Positions 57,078-64,000 of a stretch of DNA of 64,000 bases are shown piece by piece. How positions within the stretch are numbered: the stretch's first letter is position 1; each line of letters starts with the position of its first letter. The position numbers and the translations under genes were made by a program. Source of the DNA: Eledone cirrhosa (Eukaryota). The stretch covers positions 39,432,001 through 39,496,000 of the forward strand of contig OZ024741.1 of the NCBI GenBank assembly GCA_964016885.1. The letters run 5' to 3'. The notes below the pieces were generated by a model. It saw only the letters and a list, made by a program, of their open reading frames with translations, was not told the origin of the DNA and searched no databases.

Positions 57078-58167
57078 TTCGTTTCTGAATTTGTTTAGCA
57101 AGATTCTTTATCTGAAAACGTGTGTTGAAACCGATATTGTTATACTTTGGGAGGGTCATGTTGCCAATAAGAAACACACGCACCAGTTACTTTCACTTCA
57201 ATTTATTATAATAAATTTATAAATTTAGGAATTTATAAATTTCCGGTTGGTTGGTTGGTTCGACAACCAGATGATTGTTTATATATTGTCAACGTTCTTT
57301 CGTCACACATTCTGGGACCTCATCAGTGACTGGGGATTCTTTTCTTTGTTTTTGTGCCTCTCCTTTGTTCTGTCCTACGCCATCTTGTTTTTGTGTGTGT
57401 GGTGTGTGCTTAGTTTGCGCATGTGTTACATCCGGGTGTTTGTGTGTGTTTATATTCGTTTATTTACATGTTACTGGTTGGTTGTTTGTTCTATGTGCGT
57501 GTGTGTTTTCATTTTGTCCTTAATTGTAAGTTGTGATGTTGCTGTTCCACCCATGTTTTCTATTTAATTTTGGTTGTAGTTCATTTATGTTTATTGCCTC
57601 TGTGATTTGTCTAAACATTGCCTCTTTTCTGTGTGTAGATTCTATTTTTATTTCTATGTTCTCTAATTTACCCTTATGTTCTATTTTAGCATATTGGTAG
57701 AGTACAGGTGATTCTTTACTATCTTGAAGGTCTCGCCAGTGTTCATTAAATAGAAAACATAAGTGGAACATCAACATCACAACTTACAATTAAGGACAAA
57801 ATGAAAACACACACGCACATAGAACAAACAACCAACCAGTAACATGTAAATAAACAAATAAATAAACGAATATAAACACACACAGACACCCGGATGTAAC
57901 ACATGCGCAAACTAAGCACACAACACACACACAAAAGCAAGATGGCGTAGGACAGAACAAAGGAGAGACACAAAAACAAAGAAAAGAATCCCCAGTCACT
58001 GAAGAGGTCACAGAATATGTGACGAAAGAACTTTGACAATATATAAATAATCATCTGGTTGTGGAACCAACCAACCAACCGGAAATTTATAAATTTATTA
58101 TAATAAATTGAAGTGAAAGGAACTGGTGCGTGTGTTTCTTATTGGCAACATGACCCTCCCAAAGTAT

Positions 58168-58175
<8 letters not shown>
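57078..58175 (-). mobile_element. 5'-truncated Penelope-like element with inverted pseudo-LTR: GIY-YIG C-terminus, with hammerheads at 57288-57330 (minus) and 57995-58037 (plus)
   Basis: ~430-bp inverted arms 57134-57568 and 57745-58175; spacer encodes EHWRD..SPVLYQYAKIEH..IKI..RQITEAININELQPKLNR; gtca-CTGA(T/A)GA-ggtcaca..tgtgac-GAAAG..tgac. Confidence 0.88.
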
Positions 58176-58202
<27 letters not shown>

Positions 58203-58229
58203 CATGAAGCACTACCTCCCTAAGGATAA

Positions 58230-58325
<96 letters not shown>

Positions 58326-58379
58326 ATTTAAAACTGCACTATCCACAAGTGTTTTTAGCCTTCATATCATGTTCTCCTG

Positions 58380-58446
58380 TTTTATCTGATGAAAACACAA
58401 ATATTATTGCATGATGATGTTTGTTTTTGAAATGCGCATAATAAAA
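58380..58446 (+). ncRNA. Type I hammerhead ribozyme in a ~245-bp insert between (TA)n tracts
   Basis: ttttat-CTGATGA-aaac..gtttt-GAA-AT GCGC AT-A-ataaaa; 6-bp stem I, palindromic stem III. Confidence 0.85.
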
Positions 58447-58569
58447 TACATGGAACTCCTTTAACCATCTTTTGATCTTATATTATGTATACTCCAGTCC
58501 TACAAACTGTAGAGTGCTTCTTATCCGATATCTGCATTGCTTTATTGTACTACAATAAAACTCACCTCC

Positions 58570-58613
<44 letters not shown>

Positions 58614-58616
<3 letters not shown>

Positions 58617-59873
58617 GGGTTGGGCAAAATAATGGAAACACCTTAACATTTCAAACAAATTTATTTTAATATGGGGTAGGGCCGCTTTGGCTGTAATTAC
58701 AGCTTGAATTCTACGAGGTATGGACTCGTACAAAATTTGAATTTTTCCCAAAGGAATTTTTGTACATTCTTCAACTAAAACAGTCTCCAGTTCTTGTAGT
58801 GATGATGGTGGAGGATATCGGCTCCTTACTTGTTTTTCTAAAATGCGCCATAAATGCTTAATAATATTGAGATCTGGGGACTGTGGTGGCCAGATAAGAT
58901 GTTTAACTTCACTAGAATATTCCTCGTGCCATTCAGTAACAACTTTAGCTGTGTGAATTGGTGCATTATCATCCTGAAATATTGCGTTTCCCTCCGGAAA
59001 CAATTCCGCAACCATAGGATGAACTTGATCAGATAAAATACTTAAATAGTCTTGACTATTAATTCTGCCATGAAGGGAAACCATTGGGCCGGCGGATTTC
59101 CAAGATATAGCCCCCCAGATCATCACAGATCCTCCTCCATGTTTAACAGTTGGAAGAAGGAAGTCTGGGTCAATGCTTCTTTTGGCTGTCTCCACACGTA
59201 TACTCGGCCGGTGGTCAGAAATAAGGTAAAGGATGACTCCTCCGAGAAAATAACATTCTTCCACTGCTCTAGATTACAATTCTGTAGGTTTTTACTCCAC
59301 TCTAAATGCTTTGCAATGTTTGGTTTTGAAAGTAGTGGTTTTCTGATTGCAACCCTCCCGTGAAATCCGGCTTTGTGCAGCTCCCGGCGAACAGTTTTTG
59401 TGGAAACTGGGTTCTCGAGGTGGTCATTAAGCTCTGCAGTAATTTTGGGAGCTCTACTCTTGTGATCCTTTCTAACAATTCGGTGTCCGGCGGTCCCTAT
59501 CTGAAAGTTTTGGTTTTCTTCCGGAGTTTTGTTTTGACGAGGAGGTTTTCCCCTCTTTCTCAAAGGTTGTCATTACTTTCAAGACAGTACTTCTTGATAC
59601 ACCAAACATTTCGGCTGTTTTCGTTACGCTAGCGCCTGCCATACGAGCACCAACAATTTGACCTCTTAGAAAGTCCTATAGATCTGTCATTTTAATGAAT
59701 TTTAATTACGTTTTCCTGATGATACCTGAAGAGAAACAGCAATTTTAACAAAACATATTAATAACTAATAATAAATCAAAAAACATAAAAATAAACAAGC
59801 TTTTGACGGTTTTATAGATATTTCAAAATTATGATGCTATGATGCTAGGTGTTTCCATTATATTGTCCAACCC

Positions 59874-59876
<3 letters not shown>
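58614..59876 (-). mobile_element. Full-length defective Tc1-family DNA transposon, DD36E spacing
   Basis: TIRs caggggttgggcaaaataatggaaacacct / aggtgtttccattatattgtccaacccctg with TA flanks; transposase from ATG at 59690 (MTDL*DFLRGQIVGAR), FSEES, GGSVMIWG, FQDDNAPIH, WPPQSPDLNIIK; stops and frameshifts. Confidence 0.95.
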
Positions 59877-59928
<52 letters not shown>

Positions 59929-59931
<3 letters not shown>

Positions 59932-60285
59932 GAAGCACTACCTCCCTAGAGACAACTGACGCTGCACGCCAGGTCGGAACAAAGAAGAGTCGAACTCCCA
60001 CTGTCATCAGCTCTATCTCTCTGTATTATGAGCAAATGGGGTCCCATGTGCTGGCCACCCCACGGACAGAATGGAGAAGGTGTTTCCCCGGGGGATGATA
60101 AGGGAGATGCGCTGGAAGAGCCATTCCATCTCGCGAGGCTCATACCTGCGGCTAGCCAGCTCAGCGCGTATGGTGGTAAGTAGGAAGGTAGCCCTAGGGC
60201 CAAGGACACCAGAAGTCTCCACTGCTAGGGGCTCGACCACAAACCTGTCGGAGAGCGACCGATACTTGTATGTCAACCACTGGTC
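59929..60285 (-). mobile_element. CRE-like (RLE) LINE 3' fragment
   Basis: KYRSLSDRFVVEPLAVETSGVLGPRA...EPREMEWLFQRISLIIPRGNTFSIL; 3' end abuts (TA)n. Confidence 0.8.
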
Positions 60286-60590
60286 TCACTTTATGACTGC
60301 GAAGATGACTTTTGTGTCCAGCTTTGCTGCGGCAAGTTCTTGCACAGACGCTGCATGTCAGCGCCATAGGAGGACCTTTGTTGTCTGGAAATGTAACAGC
60401 AATGCCTTGCCTTACATCCCTTTTTACTTTCTCGTATGTGATTCGAGATGCTTCAAAAGCAACTTTCCCTTCTTGTACAATCTTTCTCCCTTTATTACGA
60501 TCAACAGCTACGCTTTCCCATGTATCAGCAGAGATGTTAGCGTCTTTCAAGGAAGCTTTCAACGAATCCATGCCTGCTTTAACTATATTT
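60286..60590 (-). mobile_element. RTE (BovB-like) LINE 3' fragment with C2H2 finger
   Basis: DSLKASLK..WESVAVDR..FEASR..KR..CSVCARTCRSKAGHKSHLRSH. Confidence 0.85.
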
Positions 60591-60689
60591 TAACGATAAT
60601 GTTGATGTTGTACTTGATTGGATAATGATAGTGTTGGTGACTATCACCGATGTAACACAAAAACAAAGCAGTTATGTGTAATGTCCTTT

Positions 60690-61330
60690 GAATGATAGTA
60701 GTAGTGGTGGTCCTGGCTATTGTGGTGGTGGCGTCGGCGCTTGTTTTGGGGGTTGTTGCTGGTGGTCTCGATGGTGGTGGCTGTGGATGTGGTGGTTGTA
60801 ATGTCGATGGTATTGGTGGTGGTGGTTTGGTGTTGGATGTGGTGGTGGTGGTGGTATTGGTTGTAGTGTCGATGGCGGTAGATGTGGTGGTGGCAGTGCT
60901 GGTGATAGTGGTCTCAGTCGTAACATGGGTGGTGATGTTGGTGTTGGTGGTGGTGTTGTGGTCATGGTGGTGGTTATAGTGTCGTTAGACGTTGTGGCAG
61001 TCACTGTGGTAGTTGTGGTGGTTGTAAGACTGGTGGGTGATGTTGGTGGTGATGGTGGTTGTGATATTTGTGTTGATGGTGGTGGTGATAGTGACGTTGG
61101 TCGTTGTGGTGGTCACTGTGGTAGTAGTGGTAGTAGTAGTGGTGATAGTGACGGTCACTGAGGTAGTAGTGGTAGTAGTGGTGGTGGTGAGACTGGTGAG
61201 TGATGTTGTCGTTGGTGGTGATGGTGTTTGTGATATTTGTGTTGATGGTGGTGGTGATAGTGACGTTGGTCGTTGTGGTGGTCACTGTGGTAGTAGTGGT
61301 AGTAGTAGTGGTAGTAGTGGTGGTGGTAAG
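60690..61330. repeat. GGT-rich low-complexity tract with a ~170-bp tandem duplication (~61000-61320)
   Basis: gatatttgtgttgatggtggtggtgatagtgacgttggtcgttgtggtggtcactgtgg occurs twice. Confidence 0.8.
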
Positions 61331-61504
61331 AGTGGAGATGGTGAAAATGAAAGAGATATTTTACAGTATATAAGAAGAATAGATGTGACATCTTGCTGCC
61401 TAATTCATTTTAAAGCAGTCTTGAAATTTAGATTCACCAACAGAAGAAAAACTATCAAAAACCGATATTTCATGTTCTAGCTTGGTGTAAACTAGACAGC
61501 TTTA

Positions 61505-61507
61505 TTA

Positions 61508-61552
<45 letters not shown>

Positions 61553-61688
61553 CGTCGTCTTTGTTTTTTGCTTTGTGTTTGATTTTTTTTGATTTTACTT
61601 TTTTTTTTTTCGTATGGTGGAGGTGGATAATGATAATGATGATGATAATGATGATGATGTTGATGGGGATTATGATCATGATGACACA

Positions 61689-61783
<95 letters not shown>

Positions 61784-61841
61784 CACCACCACTACTACCA
61801 CAATCACTACTACTACTACCACCACCACCACCACCACCACC

Positions 61842-61874
<33 letters not shown>

Positions 61875-62200
61875 GCTACTACTACGACGACGACGATGAT
61901 GATGATAACGATAACGATGATGACGAAGATGGTGGTAATGATGATGACAATGATGAATGTGATGATTGTGATGCTGTTGCTGATAACGATAATGTTTTTG
62001 GTCATTATGTTGCTGTTGCTGATGAAGGTGATGAAATGATGGAGATGATGGTAATGATGATGATGTTGAGGATGAGGATGGTTGTGATGGTAACAGTGTT
62101 GTTGTAATGGACACAACATAAAGGAAACGATGGTAGTGTTTATTGTTGTCGCTGTTGTTATAATCATTATTGTTGGTATTGTTTTTCGTGTTGATGTTGA
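61505..62200. repeat. Compound trinucleotide tracts (GTT, GAT, CTA, CCA)
   Basis: Direct inspection. Confidence 0.9.
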
Positions 62201-62215
62201 GAGCATTATTACCCT

Positions 62216-62396
62216 TCAGTATCGGTAGAGGGTTGGACGCCATGTTTTGCAGCATAGAGTTACGGGCCTTTACGATCTGAGTTCAAATCCCGTCGAGGTT
62301 AACTTTGCCTTTCATCCTTACGGGGTCGATAAAATAAAATACCAGTAATGCACTGAGATGATTGCTGGCCTTGTGCCAAAAGTAGAAACAATTATT
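62216..62396 (+). mobile_element. SINE family 1
   Basis: Matches consensus. Confidence 0.9.
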
Positions 62397-62836
62397 AAGA
62401 AAGACAGCGCTTTATCAGCGCTTTGTAAGAGTCCGAGAGACTGACTACGTATATACAAAGTTTGTGTTTATATACGATGTCTGTCGACATCTGAAAGCTC
62501 TGATTCAGCTACCTAACATGAGATGGAAAGTGTTTTCACTGTCCTTTGGCTTAATGGTCAAAAGCCCCTAGCCGGCATCTGAGAGATATGGGGTTCGAAT
62601 TTTCATAGCGGCGAATGGCAACTTCTTTAATGGTCTTCACACTAATTTATAAGTTTTCTATAGCATCTCCGTATTTGAGCAGATCATTCTTTATATATAC
62701 ACAGATCCACACACACGCACACACACACATACACACACACGCGCGCGCGCACACACATACACACATACATACGCACGCACGCACACGCACACACGCACAC
62801 TCACACGCACACTCACACACACACACACATATATAT

Positions 62837-63032
62837 GAAAGTTTTGGGACCCCGACGGCTGAGTTCTTGCCGTTTCAAGAGATGGTTGCGAACTGCAGTT
62901 CGGAACTATCTGTTAAAACGGCAACAGCTAGCCGTCGGGATCCCGACTCTTTCAAATTACCACACTTTACTACACCAAGTATCGAGTACTCTGGTAATGG
63001 TCTGTGAAGGTTTTACTGCATCCATTCTGATT
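62837..63032 (+). mobile_element. Family C hairpin element, diverged
   Basis: gggaccccgacggctgag..gccgttt / aaacggc..agccgtcgggatccc; tail with aagtatcgagtactctggt as at 47216. Confidence 0.7.
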
Positions 63033-63132
63033 TTTATATATATATATATAAACATACATAGGCACACACATACAGACATACACACACATATATGTATATA
63101 TACTTATTTACACATGTATATATGTGTGTCTG

Positions 63133-63210
<78 letters not shown>

Positions 63211-63218
<8 letters not shown>

Positions 63219-63855
63219 TGATCGAGTATCGAAAAATCAGCGCACGAGTTCACGATAAACAAAATTCGAAATGAGCGGCAGAGGGCTCAATAATTCAGAT
63301 AAATCAGAGCTATAACTATCGTTAAAATACCGTCACACATAGAACAAGTCTAAAATCAACCACACGATAAAAAATCGATAATAGAAGATTCGGGACAATC
63401 AGATAAAAAATATCAATAAATCAATAATTTAAATGAATGTAAAATCATACCCGGACCCACTAGAAAGGTGTTAAATCTAGCTTCTTGGGTTTCTGTAAAT
63501 CCTTAGACTGTACTCTATCAGCTCACATATAAATATATAAGACTTCTAGAATAAGCGGACCGGAAATTTACTTCTTCAACGAGCTTCGTCCGAACGGATA
63601 AGAGGCTAAACACAGGCAAAATACGCACATGGAATTCGGCAAGGGAGATAACCTCTACATCCGCGAAAACTATTCGAGGAAATGTGGAAATACACATATC
63701 GAATAAAAGTGCTCAATAGACATGTTAAAATAAAACAGGAGCTATTCATCACTCAATAGAATCGACAAAAAATGAGCAATAAAATTAACTGGTGGATAGC
63801 TATGTCCAGAGCTAAAAATATTAGAATGATCGAGTATCGAAAAATCGGCGCACGA
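63211..63855. mobile_element. Unclassified insert in (TA)n with 37-bp direct terminal repeats
   Basis: tattagaatgatcgagtatcgaaaaatc(a/g)gcgcacga at 63211-63247 and 63819-63855. Confidence 0.65.
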
Positions 63856-63868
63856 ATATATATATATA

Positions 63869-64000
63869 TAGGAAAAATAGTTTAACACCGACGGCAGAGC
63901 TCAAGCCGTTTCGACGGCTATATCTCTGAGTCCAGAAATAGCCGTCGAAACGGCTTGAGCTCTGTCGTCGGGGTTAAACCTTTTCCTACTCTACTACCCT
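63869..64000 (+). mobile_element. Family C hairpin element, runs off the window end
   Basis: ccgacggcagagctcaagccgtttcgacggcta / tagccgtcgaaacggcttgagctctgtcgtcgg. Confidence 0.8.

Noticed and set aside
59715-59745. CTGATGA...GAAAC inside the Tc1 5' region
   Set aside because: No stem II, stem III or NUH triplet can be formed, so it is a chance match.

Overview
This is repeat-saturated, gene-poor animal genomic DNA, most likely a cephalopod (Octopus-like) based on its tRNA-derived SINE families and very dense (TA)n/(CA)n/(GA)n microsatellites. I recognise no intact host gene, and the multi-kb ORFs in the track are artefacts of a ~19 kb 15-bp satellite (14.6-33.7 kb). Recognisable elements are RTE, Tx1, R4-like and CRE-like LINE fragments, a full-length defective DD36E Tc1 transposon and about a dozen SINE copies. 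The main hidden signal is a set of about 18 minimal type I hammerhead ribozyme (HHR) motifs from about 11 unrelated sequence families, plus a family of half-motif hairpins. Nearly all lie in short inserts inside (TA)n tracts, and many are long, near-perfect fold-back palindromes with the 3' tails pointing outward. One insert keeps the C-terminus of a Penelope GIY-YIG endonuclease, which links the set to Penelope-like elements (PLEs) or retrozymes. One insert is a head-to-head chimera of two different families. All coordinates, folds and counts were read by eye and need computational confirmation.
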